A stretch of 64,000 nucleotides of DNA from a virus, in the IMG/VR virus record IMGVR_UViG_3300032006_002703, positions 43,411 through 107,410 of that record. One strand, 5' to 3'. Below, piece after piece: positions 9,447 through 18,703 of the stretch. Positions within the stretch are counted from its first letter, which is position 1, and each line of letters starts with the position of its first letter. The position numbers and the translations under genes are program-made. Under the pieces are notes generated by a model, which did not search any database, was not told the DNA's origin, and saw only the letters and a list, made by a program, of their open reading frames with translations.

Positions 9447-10693
9447 GTCTCAATTTCTATAGCGGACCCCTGGCCTCCGCCAACACAGAGCGAGGCGAGT
9501 CCTTTTTTTAGACCCCTTCTTTTTAACTCTTTAGCTAAAGTAAGAATGATTCTTGCTCCAGAAGCTCCAACAGGATGTCCTAGCGCTATCGCTCCTCCAT
9601 TAACGTTAAATTTCTCATCTGGAATTTCGCCAATATCGTTTTCGATTACTTTCTTGCATGCAAGTGTCTGTGCGGCAAACGCTTCATTTATTTCTATCAA
9701 ATCCATGTCTTTAAGGTTGACTCCAAGTTTCTTGATTGCAAACACTGGGCCAAGGCCCATTCTTTTTGGGTCGCAGCCAACATGAGTGTAATTGTTTATT
9801 TTTGCAATAGGTTTTTTTCCTGTTTTATTTAATCCTTCTTCAGTCATTAACAGCAAGGCAACTGCTCCGTCTGTTACTTGAGAAGAATTACCTGCGGTTA
9901 CCGTTCCTTCTCTTTTGTCAAAAATAGCGCGAAGCCTGTTGAGTTTTTCTGTCGTCGTATCTTCCCTGATTCCATTGTCTTTAGTGATAACTTCGCCGCT
10001 GGGAGAGTTAATGCAATCATCGTTTGAAATGTATATTGGTGATATTTCATCCGCTTGAATAAGACTGGTTGCCATGGAGGCTTTCCCGTGAGAAAGAAAG
10101 GAAAAAATGTCCTGCTCTTTTCTGCTGATTTCATATTCTCTCGCTAAAATTTCTGCAGTCTGCCCCATATTAATTCCAGACAGGGGATCGTGCAGGCCCA
10201 TGCGTAAACTAATTTTTGGAGCTAAATCACTTAATCTAAATTTTAAGATTGCTTTTAATTTCTCTTTTTTTGTTTTTGCCCCGAAGAGAGAAAATATCTT
10301 TTTAGACGTTGATCTTGAAAAAAGCAGGGGCATTTGAGACATGCTTTCCGTTCCTCCTGCAAGGAATATATGGCCTTCATTAGCCTTTGCTTTTGCCGAG
10401 GCACACGTTACTGCTTCGAATCCAGAGGCGCAATTTCTATGAACGGTTACTGCTGGTATATTTTTGGGCAAACCAAGTCTTGTTCCAATAATCCTAGAAA
10501 CATTCATTTCGTCAGCGGGCTGCCCAACGCAACCGAATATAACTTCATCTATCAAACCTAGGTCTATGTCTACTTCAGATAGGACTCCTTTACTCGCTGC
10601 AATCCCTAATGCAGACGCAGATTCCTCTGCAAGAGAGGTTCCCATCTTGCAAAACGGGGTTCTTTTTCCCTCTACAATATATAAGTCAGACAT
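9437..10693 (-). CDS. fadA: 3-ketoacyl-CoA thiolase (FadA/FadI family)
   Basis: RTPF, NCASG (catalytic Cys), VTAGNSS..TDGA, EINEAF, GGAIALGHPVGASG, LCVGGGQG all intact. Confidence 0.95.
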   Translation of the reverse strand: MSDLYIVEGKRTPFCKMGTSLAEESASALGIAASKGVLSEVDIDLGLIDEVIFGCVGQPADEMNVSRIIGTRLGLPKNIPAVTVHRNCASGFEAVTCASAKAKANEGHIFLAGGTESMSQMPLLFSRSTSKKIFSLFGAKTKKEKLKAILKFRLSDLAPKISLRMGLHDPLSGINMGQTAEILAREYEISRKEQDIFSFLSHGKASMATSLIQADEISPIYISNDDCINSPSGEVITKDNGIREDTTTEKLNRLRAIFDKREGTVTAGNSSQVTDGAVALLLMTEEGLNKTGKKPIAKINNYTHVGCDPKRMGLGPVFAIKKLGVNLKDMDLIEINEAFAAQTLACKKVIENDIGEIPDEKFNVNGGAIALGHPVGASGARIILTLAKELKRRGLKKGLASLCVGGGQGSAIEIETCE

Positions 10694-10727
10694 CGGCACA
10701 GTATATAGTAAATAATCTGTGAGAAAA

Positions 10728-11132
10728 TTACATTTTCCTTAGCATTAATATTGTTTTTCTTAGGTCTGGGTCTATAGGTTCTGGCAATTTATCTATCGAA
10801 AAATAATCCCAGTCGTTATGCTCGTAGCCATCTGGAGCACAGACTAGGTTGGGCCTGATTCTTTTAGCGATAGGATAAAGATAGCAAAAGAAATGTCTAT
10901 TGTTTGTTATGCGAAATTTATTAACGAAGGTTAGTGCGTATCTAGTTTTAATGAGAGTTTCTTCATACAGTTCTCTTTCTGCAGCCTTCCAGATCGGCTC
11001 TCCAGTTTCTACCATTCCGCATGGGACGCTCCAGTAGCCTTCTAGTTCTGTCCCCTTTATGCATCTTTTAAGCAATAAAACATCATTCTTGCATTTTAAC
11101 AAAACTCCTGCGACCTTAAGAGAGGAAGTCAT
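10728..11132 (-). CDS. NUDIX hydrolase
   Basis: Nudix box G.VETGE....AAERELYEET. Confidence 0.9.
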   Translation of the reverse strand: MTSSLKVAGVLLKCKNDVLLLKRCIKGTELEGYWSVPCGMVETGEPIWKAAERELYEETLIKTRYALTFVNKFRITNNRHFFCYLYPIAKRIRPNLVCAPDGYEHNDWDYFSIDKLPEPIDPDLRKTILMLRKM

Positions 11133-12195
11133 CTATGATCTCCTTGTTCTCCCAATGCGGACATCCGTCATATTGCATTATTTTAACTCTTTCTCCTTTT
11201 TTCTCCTTGGGACAAAGTGAGCCCCTGTCTTCGTAGAACGCAGTTTTAATTATGTTTTCATCTTTATCTAATAGGGCCACGTATTTCATAGGTTTTCTAA
11301 AAGGACATATATAATTTTTTATTTTTTTTCCTTTTGCATCAAGAAGGAACTCTCCTTTTCTTTTCTTGTATCCCTCCCTTCCGCAGGCCAGTGGTCCTCC
11401 GAAGCTTCCATCGCTTGGGTAATCTTTTTTAGCTGCATACGAGGCCGTTGCGTTTTTGTAAGAGTAATTTTCTAAATATTTTTGTACTGCTGTCAATTCA
11501 TGCTCAAAGCCTTCCAGCTCTTCTTCGCTTATTGATGGCATTTGAATTATTCCTTTGCCTGTTTTTCCTAACAAATCAACTGATAGATCAAACTTAAGAA
11601 ACACAAACTCACTGCTACTTTTGTATTCTGGGTATAAATGCTTAACCGCCAAAGAGTACATTAAATCCTGTAGGTTATCTGTTAGGTCTTTTCCTTTAAA
11701 GGTTTGCTTGCTTGATTTGAAATCTCTAATGTTTGCAGTGCCATCTTTGTACAAAAAAAGCTGGTCAATGAAACCTCTTATAGAATATTTTAACGAACCT
11801 TTATTTATGTCTATATTGAATTCTTTTTCTATAAATCTCTTTTTAAGATCTTTATTTTCGTCTCCATAAAAATCATAGCCCAGGCCGTTGACAATCATTC
11901 TGTTCATGTCCTCCATGTTTTCGTCGTCAATAACGGAAAGTCTTTTTGCGTGGGATTCGATTAACTCTTTAATTTCTGGAACGCACCATACATTTCTTTC
12001 TTTTAATATTTTATTAAATTGCCTTTTTTTTCCTTTTTGAGCCAGTGTTTCAAAAACTAAATGGCAGATCCAGCCTTTGCTTGCCCCCTCGTTTGTTGTG
12101 TCTGGAAGTTTTAAGATGTACTTGCACCAATATGTCCACGAGCATTGCTGCGCGGTTTTTATTCTGCTCGCGGACAATTTGACAGGCTTATTCAT
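11116..12195 (-). CDS. PD-(D/E)XK nuclease, Cas4/AddB-like
   Basis: LSASRIKT..QC, RGFIDQL, IRDFKSS and C-terminal Cys residues. Confidence 0.8.
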   Translation of the reverse strand: MNKPVKLSASRIKTAQQCSWTYWCKYILKLPDTTNEGASKGWICHLVFETLAQKGKKRQFNKILKERNVWCVPEIKELIESHAKRLSVIDDENMEDMNRMIVNGLGYDFYGDENKDLKKRFIEKEFNIDINKGSLKYSIRGFIDQLFLYKDGTANIRDFKSSKQTFKGKDLTDNLQDLMYSLAVKHLYPEYKSSSEFVFLKFDLSVDLLGKTGKGIIQMPSISEEELEGFEHELTAVQKYLENYSYKNATASYAAKKDYPSDGSFGGPLACGREGYKKRKGEFLLDAKGKKIKNYICPFRKPMKYVALLDKDENIIKTAFYEDRGSLCPKEKKGERVKIMQYDGCPHWENKEIIDDFLS

Positions 12196-13237
12196 TTATT
12201 AAGTCAAGAAGTATCTTTTTGTTTTTTAGCAACTGTTTTGATAACTCTTTATTCTCTTGCATTTCTTTAATTATTTCTAGAATAAATCTCCTCTGCTCTA
12301 TTTCTTTAATTTCTGTTTTTTTATTTTCCCATTTAAGGAAGTCCTTCTCGTCCATATCTCCGAAGTCATTTTTTACTGGTAGACAGAGCATTATTTTTTC
12401 TGGCGGAAAATGAGATAAGAGCTTTAAATAATTTTTAACGGAAGCTTTAAGGCCTCTATTTTCTTCCTTGCCTAAATCGTTATTGAATGCAATTATTATT
12501 TTTTTTGGACATAAGGATATTAGCGCACAAATTAATTTTGGTGAGATACTAAGACCGAAAGATACTAATGTGTTTTTATGGCCAAATTCTTGACACTTTA
12601 GTAAATCCCCTATGCTTTCCACTAGGATCACTTCATCCTTCTTTAAAATGCACTCCCTGGTCTCGCTATCTGTATACAGTGGATATATCCAGCTACTTTT
12701 TCTTCCAACATGTTTCCACTTTGGTCTCATAGAATTTTGGAGCATATCTCTTCCTGAAAACCCGTGGATTTGTTTATGTTCGTTATATATAGGGAATACG
12801 AATCTCTGATTTAGTTGTCCCGAGGTCGCTCTCCCTCCTTTAAGATTCTTAAGTATCTTGCTTGAGATTCCTTTATCATTATAGAATTTATAATGTGGAA
12901 GTAGTCTTTCTAGGCAGGATTCGTCATGAATTTCTTCTAGTTCGATTTTTTGTGGAGCGCATCTTTTACTATAAAGTTCGTCGATTTTATTATTTTTAAA
13001 ATATTTATTAATTTCTTTCGGGTCATTAGTTCCCAAGGTTGCTTGAATTAACCTTTTAAGCGGTGAGAATCGAGTGCCCTTAACGTAATCTTTCCACACT
13101 CCTGTATCTTTGTAGATTTGTATGGCTGTTGTATTGTCTCCATTTCTGAATATCGCATTCGTTTGCCAATAGGCGCCCCTGTCCGAGAGTTTGTATCCCA
13201 GGTCCTCTAGCACCTCCTTAATTTGTTCGCTATCCAT
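12188..13237 (-). CDS. DNA primase (DnaG-like, TOPRIM)
   Basis: RFVFPIYN....IHGFSGR, PKWK, VILVESIGD, IIIAFNND, KNDFGDM; adjacent to the helicase. Confidence 0.85.
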   Translation of the reverse strand: MDSEQIKEVLEDLGYKLSDRGAYWQTNAIFRNGDNTTAIQIYKDTGVWKDYVKGTRFSPLKRLIQATLGTNDPKEINKYFKNNKIDELYSKRCAPQKIELEEIHDESCLERLLPHYKFYNDKGISSKILKNLKGGRATSGQLNQRFVFPIYNEHKQIHGFSGRDMLQNSMRPKWKHVGRKSSWIYPLYTDSETRECILKKDEVILVESIGDLLKCQEFGHKNTLVSFGLSISPKLICALISLCPKKIIIAFNNDLGKEENRGLKASVKNYLKLLSHFPPEKIMLCLPVKNDFGDMDEKDFLKWENKKTEIKEIEQRRFILEIIKEMQENKELSKQLLKNKKILLDLINE

Positions 13238-13240
13238 AAT

Positions 13241-14764
13241 TTAAAGAGTCGGGACTGTGTTCTCTCGGTCGCCCCCGTCATCAATTAAAGCTACATCTTC
13301 TAGGATCATATGGTCAACCATATCTCTTAGGTCGCCCTTTTCCGTTATTCCAAAGTTTTCTATCTCAAGGTTGATATAATTTTGTTTAGTGCTTCCGTCT
13401 GCTAATTCTACAGGCTGCAATGCTCTATAAACATCTGGACCTAAGTGCCTATGTTTAAAACAAATTAATTTATGGGTGCCAAAGCCTGCAGGCTCTGAAT
13501 CTAGTTCGTCAAGCGTTTTCTTTCTTAGGCTAAATAGATGAGAACTAAATTGAGTAATTCTGTCAGAAAGAGAAACGATACTTTCATCGTCCACAATTGA
13601 ATCTGAATTTCTATTCGTGGTTATTCCGTACCTATTACTTTGAACACTGGTAATCATTGATATCATAGGATCTCCTTCGAAACATATTTCCTTTTGAACC
13701 AGGGCCTTAAACTTGTCTACCATTTCTCCGACCACCTGCCACTCGTTCTTATTTGAGAATTTCTCTGAGGTTGTCTTGATATAATCAAAACTAAAAATCA
13801 TCTTGTTTCCTCTTCCTACTTTTGCATAATAAAACCTTTTTATAATATTTAACATTGCGTCCACCGAAAGCCCTGCTACGTTATAGTAATAGAATTTTAG
13901 ACTTTTTACCTTAGGCCAAACTGCCCTAACCTTATTGATTACCTCATCCCCAGCTTGTCTCCATTTTCCTGTTTCAAGTAAATGAAGGGGAACCCCAGAA
14001 AGCGCCGCGCACTGACGCATAGTCAGCTCTTCTTTACTCATTTCTCCGTTATCAAAGTGGAGAACTGGAAGGTTTTCTTGAGAGCCTGAAACTTTAATCG
14101 AAAAATCCATACAAAAATTTGTTTTCCCGACTCCAGATCTTGCAACAATTACTGTTATATTTCCTGGCCTAAGGAGGGATCCGTAAAGATCGTTAATTCT
14201 AGAGTGAGGTCCTTCTGGGCCAAAGTCTTCTATGGGATTATTTCCCCTCTCTTCGATCATTTGCTCCATCTCTTCGAATATGTTTTCTGGAGAATCGGAG
14301 CCTTCTTGGTAGGTGTTTATTTGCTCGTTGTAAATTGTATCCGCGCTATTAATTATCTCATCATAAGAGGTTGAGTCTGGTAGTGACCTCATTTTTTTTG
14401 CGACATTAACTGATGCGTCATAAATGCCCCTTCTTACCGAAACTTTTTTTAACTCTTTAGCTGTTTTTATGACAGAGTTTTCTGATATTTTGCGCATAGA
14501 CAGAGCTTTAATGTAGTCTCCTATATTTAGGTTATCCTCAAATGATATCCCCAATGAGCTAACCCTTTGGGCTAATATAACCTCATCAAGAATCTCTCCC
14601 GACTCCAAGGCCTGCTTCAGGACGCAGAATATAGTTTTATTTACTAACGAATTTTCATCGTAGAAGTCCTGCTCAGAGATGAATGGGGCAACCTCAACAT
14701 ATAAATTAGGATACTTCATCAAACCTGCGAGCAAATGCTGTTCGTAATCTAGTGAATGGATCAT
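13241..14764 (-). CDS. dnaB: Replicative helicase, DnaB family
   Basis: Walker A ARSGVGKT, FDNGEM, FDYIK, QSNR. Start reassigned to ATG 14764 from promoter position. Confidence 0.88.
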   Translation of the reverse strand: MIHSLDYEQHLLAGLMKYPNLYVEVAPFISEQDFYDENSLVNKTIFCVLKQALESGEILDEVILAQRVSSLGISFEDNLNIGDYIKALSMRKISENSVIKTAKELKKVSVRRGIYDASVNVAKKMRSLPDSTSYDEIINSADTIYNEQINTYQEGSDSPENIFEEMEQMIEERGNNPIEDFGPEGPHSRINDLYGSLLRPGNITVIVARSGVGKTNFCMDFSIKVSGSQENLPVLHFDNGEMSKEELTMRQCAALSGVPLHLLETGKWRQAGDEVINKVRAVWPKVKSLKFYYYNVAGLSVDAMLNIIKRFYYAKVGRGNKMIFSFDYIKTTSEKFSNKNEWQVVGEMVDKFKALVQKEICFEGDPMISMITSVQSNRYGITTNRNSDSIVDDESIVSLSDRITQFSSHLFSLRKKTLDELDSEPAGFGTHKLICFKHRHLGPDVYRALQPVELADGSTKQNYINLEIENFGITEKGDLRDMVDHMILEDVALIDDGGDRENTVPTL

Positions 14765-14772
14765 ATTGCTAT

Positions 14773-14801
14773 AGTATAGCAAACAATCCAACGAATGTCA
14801 A
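14773..14801 (-). promoter_or_regulatory. sigma70-type promoter for the helicase/primase block
   Basis: TTGACA-17nt-TATACT, 8 nt before ATG 14764. Confidence 0.8.
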
Positions 14802-15076
14802 TCGTTATCTTCGGAATTTAATCCTAAATCTACGGACGTGCCCATTTCTTCCATTTGTGCTAGATATTGCTCCATTGCCTTCCTGAGGCCCATCTCTATA
14901 ATTTGAGAGCTTGACTTCGAGATGATGGCAGGGGATCCATTTTGAGCAACAAAGGCTAAAATTAGCCCTTTATTTTCTTCAGCGTCTCCAGTAAAGGAAT
15001 ATAATTGCTCTAATAGCCCTTCGGGGATAGTGAATTGAGGTAAAGATTCTGGATCAATTTCCATATTGTCATCCAT
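14798..15076 (-). CDS. Small acidic hypothetical protein
   Basis: ORF with a GTGTAT box 8 nt upstream. Confidence 0.7.
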   Translation of the reverse strand: MDDNMEIDPESLPQFTIPEGLLEQLYSFTGDAEENKGLILAFVAQNGSPAIISKSSSQIIEMGLRKAMEQYLAQMEEMGTSVDLGLNSEDND

Positions 15077-15097
15077 GTTATTATATACACTACATCT

Positions 15098-15502
15098 TTA
15101 TATAGCGAATTTTTTAAATAAACCAGAGTCTAAATCATCCGAATCATGAATCTCTATGAGTTTGATATTATTTAATTCACAAAATTCTTTTTTTTGCTTG
15201 TCTCTGCGTAGCTGATGAAGGAAGTTTATTTTTTGATTGTTGTGAAAATGAGGGACATATTTTGTGTGCTGTGCTCCTTGTACCTCTATTGCTATTTTTT
15301 TTGTAGCATTGTAAAAATCTATACTCATTTTTGTTCCTGCTACTGGGAGCTCCTCGAAAACTACTTGGTTTTCCCATCGCGCTTTTAAAAGCGTTTTTAC
15401 CTTAAATTGCCTCTTGCTCCTACTGGGCGACTCCCAATCTATTATATACTTTCTGATCTTGCGGACCCTTTTCGTTCCGCCGCTAATGGTTTTAAAGAGC
15501 AT
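15098..15502 (-). CDS. DUF559/Vsr-like restriction-fold endonuclease
   Basis: IDFY....IAIEVQGAQH...RDKQK..FC....IKLIEI pattern. Confidence 0.75.
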   Translation of the reverse strand: MLFKTISGGTKRVRKIRKYIIDWESPSRSKRQFKVKTLLKARWENQVVFEELPVAGTKMSIDFYNATKKIAIEVQGAQHTKYVPHFHNNQKINFLHQLRRDKQKKEFCELNNIKLIEIHDSDDLDSGLFKKFAI

Positions 15503-16577
15503 TGCTTATTTTCTGAAAATCCTTATACATAAATTCTGTAATTTCAGGATTTGACTCTAGGTATTCGAGCAGCTTTGGTTCGCCTTGTATTTTTTCTGGA
15601 ACCTTTAATCCTGCGTCTTTCAATTCTTTGATAAGAGAGTCCGCAAAACTTATCCAAGCCCCCTTTTTTTGAATCATGTCAAAAAGGTACATCATATCTA
15701 TAATTTCTCTTTCCTTCCATATTCCGCCATTTTTCCCGTATTTAATCGGGTATCTAACCTGAGATCCAGTTTTTTCATTTACGGATTTCCTGAATCGTAT
15801 TTTACAATAGTGGCCTATGGGGTCTCCTTTATCTGCGAGCTTTGAGGCGGTGGGGTTTTTAAACATAATGTCATTATTATATCTTTCTTCGAACTCTAGT
15901 ATGAAATTTGCGTAATGTTTTATTGCGTTTCCTCCAGCTTGCTTTACCTTGGGGCCTCCTCGTGCCGCATATGGATTGGTTGCAACCTCTACTCTTATCT
16001 GGGATGTAAGTATCATCATGTGTCCCATTTTGGTAATTGGAAGAACCATCTTCTTTAAAAATACAGAAGTTATAAGCGCTCCTCCCGCCACTTGTTCTGA
16101 TTCATCAAATGGCTTATCTATGTCTCCTATTCGACATAATGCGTCAACGCTATCTATAAGAAATAAAAATCTTTTTTCTTCAGGATTGTCGAGGACTAGC
16201 TGTCTAATTAATTCAAAAACTTTTTCAAAGATATTGCAATCAAAAATAAATAATTTTTCTGGATCCCTATCTATTCCAAGCTTGTCTAGCATTTCATTTT
16301 GCAGTCTTCCTTCACTCTTGACTATCACGACCATGCCATCGTCTTTAAAATGTTCTTGAAAGTTTTTCGCAACAGTTAATGCGCAACTTGTTTTACCTCC
16401 CTCGTTTATTCCTGTAAGTCTATGTGCTCCCGCGCAAAATCCCCCGTCTAGAGCAATATCCAAATTGAGGCTCCCAGAGGAAATTTTATAGTCTGCATCA
16501 GCATAGCCATTGTAGTGATATTTTTTGTTTTCCTTATTTGAGAGGAATTCGTTAATTTGATCTATTGCTCGGGTCAT
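15492..16577 (-). CDS. RecA/UvsX-like recombinase
   Basis: SSGSLNLDIAL.GG, Walker A GINEGGKTS, LIDSV, SQIR, GGNAIKHYA, KKGAWISF. Confidence 0.88.
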   Translation of the reverse strand: MTRAIDQINEFLSNKENKKYHYNGYADADYKISSGSLNLDIALDGGFCAGAHRLTGINEGGKTSCALTVAKNFQEHFKDDGMVVIVKSEGRLQNEMLDKLGIDRDPEKLFIFDCNIFEKVFELIRQLVLDNPEEKRFLFLIDSVDALCRIGDIDKPFDESEQVAGGALITSVFLKKMVLPITKMGHMMILTSQIRVEVATNPYAARGGPKVKQAGGNAIKHYANFILEFEERYNNDIMFKNPTASKLADKGDPIGHYCKIRFRKSVNEKTGSQVRYPIKYGKNGGIWKEREIIDMMYLFDMIQKKGAWISFADSLIKELKDAGLKVPEKIQGEPKLLEYLESNPEITEFMYKDFQKISNAL

Positions 16578-16900
16578 TATTTAAGAAAGTCTCTGACTGT
16601 TTTAAACCTCTTTTCAAAGGTTTTATCTTCACCAGTCTTTTCAGTTAGATTATAAGTTTTTGGCGGTGGAATTCTACGATTAAAGGCTTTGTATTTTTTG
16701 TCTAATAGTTTTTTGCCATATTTTGTTTTAAGAAAAAATAGAGTTTTTAATTTTTCTGGGAAATTGACGGTACTCCAAAAGTCTTCGTTTGGCATTTTTT
16801 TCATAAGCGCTCCCAGCATTTTATATTGTTTAATGTAGTCCGTTTTAGTTTTTAGGGACTCTTTTAAAAGGATTCTTTGCAGGACGGCTTTTTTGTTCAC
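16577..16900 (-). CDS. Basic hypothetical protein
   Basis: GTG start directly after a consensus promoter; coupled to the recA-like gene. Confidence 0.7.
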   Translation of the reverse strand: MNKKAVLQRILLKESLKTKTDYIKQYKMLGALMKKMPNEDFWSTVNFPEKLKTLFFLKTKYGKKLLDKKYKAFNRRIPPPKTYNLTEKTGEDKTFEKRFKTVRDFLK

Positions 16901-16906
16901 CGTAGT

Positions 16907-16935
16907 ATTATAGCAAATTAATCTTTCAGTGTCAA
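16907..16935 (-). promoter_or_regulatory. Perfect sigma70 consensus promoter
   Basis: TTGACA-17nt-TATAAT, 6 nt before GTG 16900. Confidence 0.88.
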
Positions 16936-18699
16936 GATTTGATGTGTGGGAAAATTGCTAGACACTCGTTTTTTGATAAAGTTATCAAATTTAAGATCAA
17001 TAGCTTCCTTGGTTGGCAAAGAATCCATCTCTCCGACTAAACTTTGAAATTCGGACTCTTTGAGTGTTGCATGGGTTTTTGAAATGTTAAATTGATGTAC
17101 CCTTCCAACTGGAGACTTTATGATAAGAATCTTATCCATAGACTCATCATGCTCAACGATCTTCTGTATTTCTGGCTTATCTATGAGCGCTTTTCTGTTA
17201 ATCGTATTTTTAACTTGTTCGTATTTTTTGGTTATTTTTTCAGTAAGGTTAAAAAGTTCTTCGTTTCGTTTTTTGCTAAGGGCTATTTGCTTTTGAATAC
17301 TGGCTAATTCTTCCGCGAGATCGCCTCTTCTTTGTTCTATATCTTGCTTGTCTCGTGTTAATTTTTTAATTTCTTTCTCAAGTTTATCTTTGCTTTTTAG
17401 CTTTTCTCTCGATACTTCGTCTAGTTCTTGCTTGTCTTTGTTTAATGCGCTAAGCTTTTCCCCTATTTCTTGACGAGCTTCGCTAAGTGCAACATCTCTT
17501 TTTTCAAGCTTACTCATCTCTTCTTCAATTTTTAATTTTCTTTCCTTAATGCAAGCGTCTTGATCGTCGAGGCTTTTACTTAAATCTTCGAGTTTTTTTT
17601 CTTTTTCGGTTAGCTTTCTCTCGTTAAAAGAAAGCTTTGGGAAATGTTTAATTAAGCTAATATTTGCCGCGATGACGAGTAATATTGCCAATGGATCAAA
17701 TACAAAAATTAATATAATTATTACTATCCTTACTGCTTGTGAGTTGTCAAAGGTTTTGCCTGTAGTATCTGTAATGAGCGCGGCAACATATTTTATAGGC
17801 CCCACTTCCGCTTCCACTTCAAGCAGGGCGTCCTTAAGACTAAATTTCTCCTTATCTAAATCGTCTATCCTGTCCATTGCTTCGGCGATTAATTGGTTAT
17901 ATTTTTCAACATCTTCAACTACATTGTCTTCTGCGCTGTATTCTGATTCTTGGTAATTTTCTATTTTTTCCCTAAGTATTGCAACTTGTTTCTCTGTTGA
18001 ACCCCGAGCTTCTTGGATTCTGGTGTTAATTGCTAGCATTTGTTTTGCTATAGATTCTCTTTCGGGCTTTTGCTTTTCTTTTAGCTCCTCTAGTTTTTTC
18101 TTTTTGTTCGAAAATAGCCCGCCCTTTGACTCCTCTAGGTCTGCGACCTCTTTGTTTAGTTCGTCTAGCCTTTTCTGGAGTCTCCCTAATTCTTCTCTGT
18201 CGTATTCGATACTTCTTTCTAGGGCTTCATATAAATCTTTTATTTTTTGCCGCTCTCTTTCGATGTTGACTTCGCTTTTGTCTTCTGAGGACTCAACTCT
18301 CTGTTCTGTTTTTTCTATTAGCTCTTTTTGGCGAGCAATATATTCTTTCTCTCTATTAATTTTATCGTCTATTTGCTTAATGGATGCTGCTGATTTATCC
18401 ATAGTATGTTGGTGTTCTATATGAGCTTTAGAGAGAAATCCGAATATGCCCATGCTTGTTATCCCCATCAGGACGATTACTGCGCCAGTTAGGTAAGCTT
18501 TGATTAATCTCGGCGCCTCTTTCCAATTCCTATGGAGCCAGACCGCTGCGGCAATTTTACCTACTTCTAAAACTGCCCCCATGATTATTACTGCAGAAGT
18601 AGAGCCAGGGAATATTGTGGCCAAGCCTATAATACTAAAATACGCTGCGATAGCAGATATACTAAGCGCGCAAAATAAAGTAAGTAATGCAAAGTACAT
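16918..18699 (-). CDS. Multi-TM membrane protein with long coiled coils
   Basis: Three N-terminal TM helices, GIFGFLSKAH, EVGPIKY, IFVFDPLAILL, extensive E/K-rich coiled coil. Confidence 0.75.
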   Translation of the reverse strand: MYFALLTLFCALSISAIAAYFSIIGLATIFPGSTSAVIIMGAVLEVGKIAAAVWLHRNWKEAPRLIKAYLTGAVIVLMGITSMGIFGFLSKAHIEHQHTMDKSAASIKQIDDKINREKEYIARQKELIEKTEQRVESSEDKSEVNIERERQKIKDLYEALERSIEYDREELGRLQKRLDELNKEVADLEESKGGLFSNKKKKLEELKEKQKPERESIAKQMLAINTRIQEARGSTEKQVAILREKIENYQESEYSAEDNVVEDVEKYNQLIAEAMDRIDDLDKEKFSLKDALLEVEAEVGPIKYVAALITDTTGKTFDNSQAVRIVIIILIFVFDPLAILLVIAANISLIKHFPKLSFNERKLTEKEKKLEDLSKSLDDQDACIKERKLKIEEEMSKLEKRDVALSEARQEIGEKLSALNKDKQELDEVSREKLKSKDKLEKEIKKLTRDKQDIEQRRGDLAEELASIQKQIALSKKRNEELFNLTEKITKKYEQVKNTINRKALIDKPEIQKIVEHDESMDKILIIKSPVGRVHQFNISKTHATLKESEFQSLVGEMDSLPTKEAIDLKFDNFIKKRVSSNFPTHQILTLKD

Positions 18700-18703
18700 T
18701 GAT

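Noticed and set aside
1-10693. Interpretation as host chromosome flanking a prophage
   Set aside because: No integrase, att-like junction or evident composition change; phage-type hypotheticals and GTGTAH boxes are interleaved with the metabolic genes. Read-level confirmation is still needed.
10700-10727. Dedicated sigma70 promoter for the fad operon
   Set aside because: TATACT lies 6 nt before ATG 10693 but there is no credible -35 or extended -10; too weak to call.
11116-12195. Cas4-like nuclease as part of a CRISPR-Cas system
   Set aside because: No cas1/cas2 or array; it sits in the replication/recombination block, typical for phage exonucleases.
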